Positions 35,742-48,571 of a DNA stretch of 64,000 nt are shown one piece after another (positions within the stretch are counted from its first letter, which is position 1; every line of letters begins with the position of its first letter). This DNA is from Anthoceros angustus. Lineage: Eukaryota; Plantae; Anthocerotophyta. The notes under the pieces are model-generated. The model was given only the letters and a program-made list of their open reading frames with translations. It ran no database searches and was not told where the DNA came from. Location: positions 59,444-123,443 of the forward strand of contig MU008224.1 of the NCBI GenBank assembly GCA_010909165.1, given 5' to 3'. The translations under genes and the position numbers were made by a program.

Positions 35742-37485
35742 TCAATGAAGCACACTGGTCCGACTAGGATGACGGTTCTGCTCCAGGGCTGGGAGAAGAG
35801 AGTTGTACAACAGGGCCGCGAAGATATCAAGAGGTCCTGGCAGACAGTAGTGGAGGCAATCAACTCCACCGACGTGAGCGTCAGGACGCTTGTTCACAAT
35901 GGCGGCTAAGTCGATGAACGTGTGGCCAAAAGTTTCCACTATGGTCCTCGCCAGCTCATTCTGTTCTGCAAACTTTCCCCAGTTGTGGGGCATGGTCTCC
36001 GTAGGCAGGGGTTCAGAGATGGGTCCATCATACATGGAGCAATTCGGGTGCCCTGCAGGACGAAGAGTAATCACAGTGACCAAACGACCAAGCATAAAAG
36101 TCAGATGTCTACAAGGGAGGCTTACTTCTCCTGCATGAGTGGAATGCACATATATATCAGACCCGGCCCTCACCCACCATGAGGGGTGCTCCGGTAGAAA
36201 ACCATCGTAGAAGGATATCTTGCTCGGATGATGTGAAGCGTGTTGATAAGGTGCTCTGTGTAATTGCCGTTGTTTTCGTAATGGGCTCCTCTGTTCAGAA
36301 CAAGGATGGAGACTTCCCACTCTTGCATGAAGGAAATCCACGGGAACTCTTGAAATCCAGAGGAGTTCCGCATGCACTTTTCCCACTTTTGCGTGAGAGA
36401 GAGCCTGTCATTGCGCACAAAGCCAATATGGAAGCCGTCTTCCCCGACAATGTCCTGGCAAACCTTGAAGTGGAGGCTAAAGGACTTCCAATTGTTGAGG
36501 GGCAGCCGCATCCCTCTTGTGTTCCTCAACAAGTAGTTGAGCATTACGTAGAAAAGTTGCTGGTTCAGAGAGTCGCCCACGATCAAAATATTCCTGTTCG
36601 CTCCAACAAGCCTGAGACAAACGAAAGCAGACAATTGGTCACCGTTTCAAATGCTTGAGCAGCAGCAACAGACCTGAACCAACGTTGAGAAAGCAAACTA
36701 GGCTTAATTTTCACATGATCGCGTGCACAATGTACCTGCAAAAATCATCTCGATCGAAGGGCAACAACGGGCAGATCTCGTTTGTCTGCCACACCCATCT
36801 AAGATCCATTCTCACCTGCATTGGCGGCCATGACACAGAAACAGATTCAACGTGGGCGAGCCGTAGCTAGGTAGGAAAATAACAATCCGGACAGTACCAT
36901 ACAACTCTGACGCTCCACCCATCACGTTCAGCAATTATCACGTTAAGTACGACGCGATATGCAGGCTATTACATTCCAATGGCTCCCGTTGGCAGCAGCG
37001 CGGTTGGCGTCCTCACCCGTAACACCTCCAGGGATGGCATTGCGCCATCTCCGGTCACATTGCTCGTACGAGCCTCCCACAATGTTGGGTGGAATCCAGC
37101 GGGGCGTGTCGCTGTACACCCATCGTCCCGACTCGCTGCATCCACAACCCAAAATCCCACCATCCTCTTCAACACATAGCACGATTCCGCAACAAGCACC
37201 CAGCGCTGCTACAACCCATTCATTCCTATGGCTGCGACAACAGACCTGAAGCATTTCACCCTCTGCTTGTACTCCGTCGCCGCCCTCCCCCGGAGCGCTG
37301 TTCCTTGGACGAGCAGACTGTCGGAAAAACTGAACGAGATGGGTCCGGCGATGTACCGCTCTGCTCCAGATACGATGTCGCCCCGATGCAAGACCTCAAT
37401 GCCAAGAATCAGGAGCATGCCTGTGAAGACAGCTGCGCACGTCACCTTCGTTTTGCCGCAGACATGGCCTCTTGCCCCTTTCATC
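35742..37485 (-). CDS. TBL/PC-esterase-like O-acetyltransferase, copy 2 (multi-exon)
   Basis: MKGARG..TM (AAVFTGMLLILGIEVL), ESGRWVYSDTPRW, DLRWVWQTNE.CP, IVGDSLNQ, LNRGAHY, YRSTPHG|, GHPNC and DCLHYCLPGP. Confidence 0.85.
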
Positions 37486-38659
37486 GTCACCACGGCGCCG
37501 CGCTCCCTGAGGCTGTCCCACTCCGGAATCACGCCTGGACACGACTCACCACCACAATTTCATGCCACCCGACGCATTCTCGTCGCCCTCGATGCCTGCA
37601 AGCTGTGCGACAGCGTGAACGATGAGCGAGATTGGATCCATTCCGAATCCGCATTACGTCACCTCCACCGGCTGCCGGTCTTCCACCCGATTGTCCCTCG
37701 GGCTCATTTGCACATGAACTGCATCTCCGAATTCCTCACACCTTCCCCGCGATCTTCATATATATGGACTCCCCTCTCCCTCCTGCTGCCCTCCCCTCCG
37801 CCTCCTCCCCTCACCCATCCTTTTCTTCAGGGTTTGACCTTCCACGTGTTCCTAGTTGGTGTTTATAAAGTCCTCATACAAACTTTTCATAGTTTATGTT
37901 ATTATTTTATTATATATTTTGTTTAAGTTCATAGAGAAATTAGAAGAAAAAAGAACATTCCAACTTGTGGAGCTTTAAATATTTCATAAGAGTCCTTTAA
38001 AAATAAATTGTACTTCTTTGAACAATAATTGTACTTCTCAAACCCTTGCTTTGCCAAAGGCACTTCCTAGCATCATTTTCTCTCAATGAAAACTTTACCC
38101 AACTTTGGTTTGCACTTCCCAAACCCTTGTGTTACCAAGGGCTATAGTGGAGCGATTTCATAAACTCAGCACTCGAGCGATTTCATAAACTCAACTTTCA
38201 CGTTACGAACCAAAAAGTATTCTTTTGAAAATTCTTGCACTTAGCCTTTCTTTTGAAAGTTCTTATGTTGAGGCTGGAGTGGAGCAATTTCATAAACTCA
38301 GCAAGTATTCTTTTGAAAATTTTTGCACTTAGCCTTTCTTTTGAAAGTTCTTGTGTTGAGGCTGGAGTGGAGCAATTTCATAAACTCAGCACTGCAGCGA
38401 TTTCATAAACTCAACTTTCACGTTTAGAAACTTTTATGCAAAATAATAAGTTTGGACTAATCAATTGAATCATGTCTTCTATGTTTTCTTGTGTATTATA
38501 TGTTTTTTTAAGTCCTAAATACATACATAAGAATACAAATTAGAAAGGTGCTAGATTAATAGGGAACTTCTCCACTGGAGAACCCCAACATGTTGTGCAT
38601 TCTGGTTGATGTTGTATATTTAAGGCAAAGGCCGTTACACAAAGTAACGGCTTAGAATT

Positions 38660-38736
38660 AGCTGATCAAGCTTGAGTAAGTAATTCTAAGCTTAGAATGG
38701 ATTAGCTTAGAATTACTTACTCAAGCTTGATCAGCT
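38660..38736. other. Perfect 33-bp inverted repeat with 11-nt loop
   Basis: AGCTGATCAAGCTTGAGTAAGTAATTCTAAGCT (38660-38692) is the exact reverse complement of 38704-38736. Confidence 0.95.
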
Positions 38737-39584
38737 TGAGACCTCTTACTTTCAAAAGAATGATTGCTGCAAGACAAATTACTTATTAAGAAGCATACAA
38801 TTAGAACGAGAAGCAGTAGATTAGCAATCTTAGTTAAGTCAGACAAAGATAATAGATATGCAATTAATGGATTTATAGCGCATACAGAAAAACAATTAGT
38901 TTCTGCCCTGGTTAGAGGACAAACTAGGGCAGAAAAATAGGTGGAAGAAAGGCAGAACCAAGGAGACAAACTCCAATACGATGGTTTTATGAGACAATGA
39001 CAGTAGAAGGGTGCTGGTGAACATACCCTGATGGGAGTTGCTCAAGGGAGAACGCGGAACATGTAAACGTCTCATGCATTGAAAGTGAGCACATTACAGC
39101 GAAAGCCAAGGAAGAACGAGCAAAAACCTAATTGGGCAACATTGTCTGAAAATGCAGGTCGGAATTTGCTAGTAAACGAACTTGTTAACTTTGCGCTTAT
39201 TAAAGAGGGTTTAAACACGCTTGAGGACAACAATGGTGGCTTTGAAATTGGAGGTTTGAATTCGCTGGAAACATGTGATGCTTACAATGGTGTCCACGCA
39301 ACGCCACTTTGGATGCTCGGGTGTTCAGCCTGAGCATTTTGATTAGCGAAGACAATCTGACCACTGGTACCTATGCAATCGGGGATGTTTGAGTCGACAA
39401 TAAAGGCGCTTAGTTAGTGCGGACACGGTTTTACAGAAGGATGCTTCTGCAAACTGGTCTCATACACTTGGAGGTGCCCAAAGCATCAACACAGACAATA
39501 TCGTAAAGGAAGGTGCTCATGCAAGCTTGTTACCTACACACACGAACAAAAACGCATAGAAGATCGACTAGGGTGCAAGCATTC

Positions 39585-39830
39585 TAACGGTTGGAGAGAA
39601 CACAAGTGGAAGCGTTCAGGCGGTTGGAGAGGCCACGGATGGAAGCACTCAAGCAACTAGTGAGGACCCAAGTGAAAGTGCTCAAGTGACTAGTAAGGAT
39701 GCATGCAACGCCACTCAGGTGGTTGGTGAAGACACATGCAATGGTGCTCAGGCGGCTAGTGAAGACATATGCAACGGCGCTCAGATGACTGGTGAAGATG
39801 CATATACAGGCACTCAAGCGATATGATGAA
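39585..39830 (+). repeat. Degenerate 33-bp coding-like repeats (about 7 x 11 aa) in a decayed ORF
   Basis: One frame reads TVGENTSGSVQ AVGEATDGSTQ ATSEDPSESAQ VTSKDACNATQ VVGEDTCNGAQ AASEDICNGAQ MTGEDAYTGTQ, flanked by stops. Confidence 0.55.
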
Positions 39831-42291
39831 GACACATATGTGCACACTGTGAGCAAAAATGCAGACTTTTGGGCAGTTTGTGAGGACGTAAATGCTCATG
39901 TGACTAGGAAAGGTGCAGGCGCTTGATGGAGATGCAAGCATCCAGGCAATAAACGGTAATGCCTAGGCAGTTGGCAATGGTATTTTAGAGACAGATACTT
40001 ACACATACCTATTCCATACACTTTGTGATATCCATGGAGTTGACGAGCATGTCTTGAAGACGAGTGCTTGTAAAACCCCATTCTATACACCAGGAGATGC
40101 TCAGACAGTCAACAGAGTCACTTGGAGGGCTGGTGTTTTCACAAACGTGATCACAGACTCGTCTCATGTATCTGAAGGTGCCCAAAGATGAGGGAGGTAT
40201 CGCTTTGAAGAAGGATGCCTACACAAACTCTCCATTCTGTTAGCAGACTTGAGCTAACCAGTGCCCATGTGAGGTTAGTGGTGACCAGAAAAGCGAGGCC
40301 AAGTTTCTCGCAAAATACTTGGCCAATTGTGTTTATCTTGGTACCATCCAATAGGGCTCATCAAGAGGAACATAATGTTACCAAACTTGTATTTTTTTTT
40401 AGTTGATCAGTTTTACGACGGAACGTGGGTCTTCAGTAATTTTGAGCTGGCTCATTGATGCTTTGAAATAGTGCGGTACCAAGTGCAACTTTGGCTGTCC
40501 AATAACCCGACCATGCTTTGGGCCTTGGTTGTACATTTTATTTATTTTAGATTATTCTTGTAAATTATGATATAATTATGGATAAAGGATTAGGATCAAA
40601 AAGACTAGGACTATGATTTTAAAGTTATTTTTATATATTTAAATTATATTGAAGTCCTTTTGTTTATTCCTCTAGGGAGGACCAAAATTTGGTTAAGTTA
40701 CACAACATACATAATTTAATCGTAATATGTATATAAAATATGTAAAATAAAATTAATTAATTAATTTTAAATAGATATAGTAATTACTTGTAATATGTGG
40801 TATATAGTTAAAATATGTATAATAAATTTTTAAAATTATTTATTCATAGCATAAAATATCCACAAACAAACAAAGGGGATCAGGCTTGGAGCTCTTGTCT
40901 ACGAGGTGCTCTAAAATATCTCTCCTTTTGTTATATACAAGCGGCAATCCTAAGGGACAATATTGGCAATCCTATGGGCCAATATTCCATCGGCAGCCAT
41001 AGTCGTAGGAGTATAATGAGCATTGGGTGCCCTTTGAGGATAGATGTGCTCAGAGGATTGCATGACATTTTTCGTGCATGGTGAGGCTTAGCTTGTGCGA
41101 TGCCACGCTTGGGCATTATCATTGTTTCCATTGTCTGCGATCGTCCTCTAACCACCAAAGATTGTCCTCCGCCTCGACCCACAGGCAAATAAAAAGGTCT
41201 ACTCTTTTGCCCTACTGGCAAAGTTACAAGTGAAGCATTGATTTAGTCATGGGGATCTATAAATGATGCGAAAGCCGTGCTCTAGATACACTGTATTATA
41301 TTAGTGGCTATGGTCGTGCAAGGACTAAATACAAGAAATTGGACTAATTGGCTATGGTCGTGCAAGGACTAAATACAAGAAATTGGACTAATCAGTGCTG
41401 ACTGCATGCTTAGACCCAAAACACCATGTCCAACTTGAGATACTCTCGAATTCCAGAGTTTGGTTTCAAAAGGAAAAGGAGCCGTAGCATTTGTGTGCCA
41501 CTATGCAGGCTTACTGTAAAGATTTATGAGAAAGAGGTCCGGCCTCGTTGCTGCCCGCTTCCACTTCGTTGTCTTTTCCAACAAATATGTTTGCAGGCTA
41601 TTCATTTTTCTCCTCAGCTGCTCAGCTGAGGAGAAAAATGGATACAGGGCAACCACGATTTTTGGAAAGGAATCCCCGGAAATCCTGACAGGCTGACACG
41701 CCAGGCTTTTACAAGTTCGCCGAAATAGGCACGCCACATGCAAATCACCCTTGCAACCGACACCTATGTCGGCCCTTTTCAGTCCTCATCCGGCACTAAA
41801 ATTTATCAAGTCGAGGATTCTTATTAAATAATAATAAGCTCCTGATCTTTGTAATCAAGAGTATTCTTTATCGATAGGATATAATCGTATAAGGTTGTAT
41901 TTATGTGATGATAAAAATCATCATCGTTTGAAAAGGGTCTTACCCAAAACCCACCAGCCTACCCCCGACGGTCCAAGGTTAGCCTCTCAGGGAGATACTC
42001 TGCAGATAATAGACTCTAGAGCACCTGGCTCTGACTAGTACTTCAGTTCAAGAAGGGACTTTACAATGCGATTGTACATTGGTTAGTACACGTTGTCTCT
42101 TGCACACACAGGCTGGAGTCCTGGACGCGCCTGGAAGAGACTCCTTGAAAGACTAAGTCTGTTAGTTGCAAGGTACAGTTGGCACAACTACAATTTTGTG
42201 TTTTGAGAACTACAAATCAATGCCTACAAATGAGAATGAGCAATGGCTCCCTTCAAGAGAACACCTCAACCGATGAAGCACGGTAGTCCAA

Positions 42292-44034
42292 CTAGTACCA
42301 AGGCTGACGGTTCAGCCTCAGGACTGGGAGAAGAGAGTTGTAAAAGAGATGCGCGAAGATATCAAAAGGCCCTGGCAGACAGTAGTGCAAGCAATCAACT
42401 CCACCTACGTGAGCGTCAGGACGCTTGTTCACAATGGCGGCGAAGTCGATGAACGTGTGCCCAAAGTTTTCCACGATGGTCCTCGCCAGCTCATTCTGGG
42501 GTGCAAACTTTGCCCAATTGTGGGTCATGGTCTCCGGAGGCAGGGGTTCAGTGAGGGGTGCATCGTAATTGGAGCAATTCGGGTGCCCTGCAGGACGAGC
42601 AGTCACAGTGAACCAACATAAAAGCCAAAGGTTTGGAAAGCAAAATTACCTGAACTGCAAAGCGGAAAGCAAACAGATTTGAGAGCCTCACTCACCATGA
42701 GGGGTGCTCCGGTAGAAAACCATTGTAGAAGGGTATCTTGCTTGGATGATGTGAAGCGTGTTGATAAGGTGCTCTGTGAAATTGCCGTTGTTTTCGTAAT
42801 GGGCCCCTCTGTTCAGAACAAGAATGGAGACTTTCCACTCATCCATGAAGGAAATCCACGGGAACTCTTGAAATCCAGAGGAATTCCGCATGCACTTCTC
42901 CCACTTGTGCGTAAGAGAGAGCCTGTCATTGCGCACATAGCCAATATCGAAGCCGTCTTCCCCGACAACGTCCTGGCAGACCTTGAAGCGGAGGCTGAAG
43001 GCCTTCCAATTGTTAAGGGGCAGCTTCATCCCTGTTGTATTCTTCAACAAGTAGTTGAGCATTACGTAGAACAGTTCCTGGTTCAGAGAGTCGCCCACAA
43101 TCAAAATATTCCTGTTCGCTCCCACGAGCCTGAGACCCATACGGAAGCAGATTATTCAGCACCGCCTCAAATGCTTGAGCAGCAGCAGCAGACCCAAACC
43201 AACGAAGAGGAAGAAAATCGGATTCCGCTTGAGGCAGAAATGACGGGGCGTGCACATGTACCTGCAAAAGTCCTCTCGATCGAAGGGCAACAACGGGCAG
43301 GTCTCGTTAGTCTGCCATACCCATCTTAGATCCATCCTCACCTGCATTTGCGGCCATGACACGGACACAGGTTCAACGTGGGTGAGCCGTAGTAGGTAGG
43401 AAAGAAGCAATCCTGACAGTATCATACATCCAGCTCTGACGCTCCCCCTATCACGTTCAGCAATTATTACGTTTGGTACGGCGCGATATGCAGGCAGGCT
43501 ATTACATTCCAATGGCTCCCGTTGGCGGCAGCGCGGTTGGCGTCCTCACCCGTAACACCTCCAGGGGTGGCATTGAGCCATCTCTTGTCACATTGCTCAT
43601 ACGAGCCTCCCACAATGTTGGGAGGAATCCAGCGGGGCGTGTCGCTGTACACCCATCGTCCCGACTCGCTGCATCCACAACCCACAATCCCACCATCCTC
43701 GTCAACACACGGCACGATTCCGCAACAAGAGCCCACCGTCATTGCCACTGCCACTGCCAGCAGCTACAGCTGCTTCCGCATACCTGAAGCACTGCACTCG
43801 CTGCCTGTACTCCGTCGCCGCCCTCCCCCGGAGCGCTGTTCCTTTGACGATCGCGAGCAGGCTGTCCGCGGAGAAGCGGAACGGGATGGGTCCGCCGAGG
43901 TAGCGCTCTGCTCCGTATAGGATGACGCCCAGATGCAGCACCTCGATGCCTAGAATGACGAGCACGCCTGTGAAGACAGCTCCGCACATCACCTTCATCT
44001 CCCCGCAGACATGGTGGCCCTTGGCCCCTCTCAT
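42292..44034 (-). CDS. TBL/PC-esterase-like O-acetyltransferase, copy 3 (close paralogue of copy 2)
   Basis: MRGAKG..TM, ESGRWVYSDTPRW, WVWQTNETCPLLPFDREDFCR, IVGDSLNQ, LNRGAHY, GHPNC and DCLHYCLPGP. Exon layout and downstream flank resemble copy 2. Confidence 0.85.
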
Positions 44035-45624
44035 GGTAGCGACGGCCGCCCTGAGGCTACCTGGCGCTCCAGCCCGGGAATCGGCCCTGGACGCTCTCAC
44101 CACCACATGTACGTTCTCATGCTACCCGACACATAATCGTCACCCTCGATGCCTTTGAGCTGTGCGACGGCGTGAACGTTGAAGCAGTGGGGGCGGGATA
44201 TCGCTCCATTCGGAATCCTCATCACGTAACCTCGACAGGCTGCCGGTCTTCCAGCCGACTCTCTCCCTCGGGCACATACGTCGGTGCACTAACCACATTG
44301 ACTGCTTCTCCGAATGCGTCCAGGCCCTCCACATGATATCCAGACACATATATAGACTTTCTCCCGTCAGCCTGTGTGGGGCGCCAAGGAAAGCCGCAAC
44401 TCCTGGGCCAATCTCCAACCAGCGACGCCGACCGTACAAACTCCTTCTTCCCTGTTCATCATCTTGCCGGCATGGTAAACATTGGGGAAGCATCGAAGGG
44501 TGGCAGACAGCCAAGGCACGCGCAACTTGCAAGTACATATTTACGGCTCTTGACAGGCTGCAGTGCTTCATTGTCCGATTTGTGCCTGCCCCAGCTCCAC
44601 CTGGCCGGCGCTGCCCCACAGCCTCTCTTCCTCATGGCACATGGCACTGGAGGCATTGAATTGTAAAAAGTTGTTTGTGCTTTCATAATGTCAGCTCTCA
44701 GGAATCGGGACCCGCAAGCGCGCCATTCCCGATGCCGATCCGCTCTACCGTTTATAACTTCTATTACGTGATCTATTACGTAAAACCTCGGGTTCGGAAT
44801 CCGGCAGCATGCTCCCTGGACCATGGACCATGGACCCTGCGCGCCGCGATTATTGCAGCCATGCACAGGCCTGCTGGCCTGCTTCAGCGCAAAGTCAAAT
44901 CTTTGTTTACCTGTATCTTTTAAACCTGTCATATCCGTTCTGTTGCAAGGGGCCAACATTTATCAGCCATCGTCGTCGATTTCAGACTTGGTCCCGGGGA
45001 CCAAGTCTCCGCGTCTCGGCGGAGGCAACAGTCACGCGGATTGCAGCTTGGAAGACGAGACCCCGAGGATTACAAGGACAATGAGATGGAAGGAACTTTT
45101 GTCCGTGCCAAAGTCATGGCCTACAGCGCTCGGCAGCGCTTAAGGGTCGAGAGACATTTGTTAACACACGAACATAGTTGGAATTTTGTTCAATAATCCA
45201 ACGTGTCAGCTACATAAGGCAAACAGGTGGAACTCAGTTTTGTGCCCGAATCCCCTCACCTCCCTATGGGCTCCAGTGTGGGCCAATATCAGTACCGCAG
45301 AACAGTCTGATTAGCATAATTCTACAGCAGGGAACTGGATTACGCCCACGTCCACAGTATGTTACATAAACATGAGTCCGAGTTCCAACAATTGCAAGCC
45401 TCCCAAATTAGATAATTGCATCAAGAAAGGCACTGCTTTGCAAGCTCATAAATAGCGTATCACCTCTATCCAAACCAGATTACAAGTTACTACGAGCGTC
45501 AGACACCTCCAATGTGTTAAGAAGGAACCGCTGATACTTCCGTTTCCATCTTCACTTCATCTAGCTCTTCTGTACACAAGGACACAAAGTAAGAAAAATT
45601 GCAGTAACAGAATGGGGAACCCAT

Positions 45625-48571
45625 TTACCGTGAGGAAGATGGCCAACCTTGAGGAGCGTTAGCCTCCTCCTGCAGTTGTTGGACTGGTTCTGGTGCCTTG
45701 GCATCCGTCAAGGATGAGGGAGTGGCCATGAGCAACTTCTGTTCGGTGAGACATGAGGCCAATCAGATTCTGTCACCAGGTCTCTGGTGTAGGCAAGGGC
45801 CGACAAGTGGACGAAGAAAAGATGGACACAGGAGCATAAACACAAATGTTCACTTACAAGATATTGCTCATACTCTGCAGGCGGGCTGACAGCTGCAGAT
45901 TGATCCACAGAAGCAGCCTCAGAGCCCAGCTTCGCTTTCTGCTCCTCAGCTCTTTTGGTCTGCAGCTTCAGTGCCCGAGCAGCCTTTCTCTCTTGCTTTC
46001 TGAGTTCTCTCAGCTTTTCAGCAGCAGCAACGTCTGCCAGCTTCCTCCTGACAACAAATGTAAACTAGCCCCAAGTATGTGAGGCCACATGCTTTGAAAA
46101 GCATGAGAAGCAGTGCAAACAAGCTGGAAACTTAAGATTTGACTGACATACTATGTCGTTAAGCTGGGGGAGAACAGGGACCTAGTAAGGTGTGAGTGGG
46201 CTGCCTGCGAAAACCCAGACTTGTAGCAGAAAAGCAAACCCCTCACGGGTTTGCTGTCAATTGTTGCTTCCAACGTGTAGCCATAATGAAACACATCGGT
46301 CACCTTTGCTTCAAACATCCTTTCTTGCCCAGGCCTTCCATCACAAGGAGAAGTAACCTCTCCCCCTGCCACAACCACGCTGTCCCACATCACTTCCACT
46401 CCGTTGGTATAATGAAGTGGGTTCAACTTCACATCATTAGGCCATGCCTCCCCAATACTGCACAAAGGGGGAGAGAGAAGGCAGCATACCAGGTAAGCCA
46501 ACAGAAGCGGTGGCCGCTGGTACAAAGAGCACACTTCTGTCATCTACATCACACACCTCCTTACCCTTTTCACACTCCACCACGGCATCTCCTTGCCTTC
46601 TCCTTTTCAGCTCCTTTTTTAGGGACATCTTCTCTGGTTTCGGCTCATCTTCTGCATCCTCCATCTTCAGCTCTGCTGATCGACAGGGACGGGGATTGTA
46701 CCAGCATAATGATTGACTGAGAACCCCAATGCTATTCGGAAATGGTGTACACGTGTTTATAAAAGACAGTACCTGTTTCCAAGTAGTACATGTCATCCAG
46801 AGCTTCCAGCGTCTCATTGCAGCCACCAAGAAAAATCAAAATGCCCTTCTCAGGATCAGCTGTATCCCCTGCTAGTGAAAAGCGTGGTGAGGGCCCAACC
46901 CCTGTTGTTACAGCCTTTGTCCAGACTCCCGAATCTACAAGAAGAGAGCCAATTTCAGCAGTCTACCAATAACGCCCTTTTGCCTAGTTGAAACAGGGAC
47001 CACACAAAATGTTCATAACACCAAACAACCCTACTGCCAGCAAAGACCTTGGTGAAAACAGTGCACTGAAGTAGAATGTTCAAGCAAGAAACTTACCAAG
47101 ACTCAGGACATGCAAGTCGTCAAAAAGCTTGCGATCGTCAGTGAACCCACCAAATACAAATAGGTGCTTCCCCAAGGATATGGACGTGTGACCAGCGCGT
47201 GGTACTAACTTTTGACCAGTTGTTCTTAGCTCTTTCCATTGCAAAGTGTCTGCATGAACCACAGCAGCCCTTCAGTACGGGCAATCAGGACATGGACACC
47301 ATGACATTACTTGCCCTATACATGCCTGAATATTTATTCCCTGCCGAATGAGCTCTCACCTGTGTCAAGCATGTGCACATCCGACAAGTGACAGTTGGAG
47401 GCGTCTTCACCCCCTAGAACAACAAACTTGTTTTTCCAGGCTGAACAGGTATGGCTGTCTCTGGGTGCAGGAGGAGATCCTCCTGTTGTGACCTTCGTCC
47501 AAACATAAGTTACTGGTAAGAGGACGCACAAAGTCTTATGTTAATTTGGAGATCTATCAAACATAGTTACTTTCGAGCTCTATCATGATAATCATGTGAG
47601 CCAAAGTCCTGTAGCTTCTTGTACCAGCACAGACTAGAAAGACAACAACTGTGGTAAGTCTACAAACCAGTATCAAGGGTGTAGAGGTCATTGAAGTATG
47701 TTTCCTCTGGATCATCAGCTGTTCTGCCACACCCTCCAAATACATAAAGCTTCTGCCCTATAAGCGCAGCACTGTGGCCCTCCCTCGCAGCAGGGCCCTC
47801 GCCCTTTGTTTTTGGCCTTGACCAAGTGTTTGTTACTGACATGTACAGTATTGTTAGAAAGACATCAGGAAATGGTAGTACCAACCATGGCGGCCCTAGG
47901 AAACCAAAATGCAGCCTGCTGAACGGCCAAAGTAATTTCACCGAGATGTCTGCATTTCACAGGAAAAGAAAACAGTGTCCGTGGATGAGAGCAGAAACAC
48001 ACTTGTATCAAAGATATGTAAGTCCTTGAGAGGATTCGTCCCATCTGTTCCGCCGAAAACAAATAAATTTGAGTTCACGGTTGTGCAACTGTGACTGTCC
48101 CTTGGGGACGGCGCAGTCCCCTTCACCGTGGGCTTCGTCCATGTCTCTCTAGCTGTCGACAGCAATGCAATAACTCAGAGACGCATAAATTGCTCTTCCG
48201 CTGAGCTACGTAGCGGAGACGGTGCTCTGAAAAGATGAAAGACGCAGCAAAGAGATCTAGCACAGCACTAAGGGCAGATTGCGCAGTTGTCTTGAGTAGA
48301 AAAAACCAACATCCGGTGGTTTCAACTGAGACGGGGAAGAAGGTCCACGTAAAGAAGGCGTACCCGTATCGAAAACATGTATATCATTGGTCTGGGAATC
48401 ATTCTTGCCGTAGCCACCGAAAACATAAATGAAGCGTCCGTTCTTCACAGAATTGCAAGTGTGACCCCACTTCTTCCCTGGACCAGCTCCTCCACCTTTC
48501 CTACCGGGGGACTTTTTCCCGTCTGGCTGATCCCTTGCCTTCAATTTTACCTTCACTCTCTCCCACTTCAT
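45625..48571 (-). CDS. Kelch-repeat protein (similar to the Arabidopsis At1g18610/At1g74150 type as I recall them), multi-exon; 3' end approximate
   Basis: MKWERVK..GPGKKWGHTCNSVKNGRFIYVFGGYG, PSPRDSHSCTTVNSNLFVFGG, PAAREGHSAALIGQKLYVFGG, PAPRDSHTC, PRAGHTSISLGKHLFVFGG and C-terminal FEAKVTDVFHYGYTLEATIDSKPVRGLLF. Confidence 0.85.

Noticed and set aside
41306-41391. 42-bp x2 tandem repeat
   Set aside because: Simple local duplication with no further structure.
44785-44810. GGTTCGGAATCC as a tRNA T-loop
   Set aside because: One base too long for the GTTCRAATC consensus, and no cloverleaf or A-box upstream.
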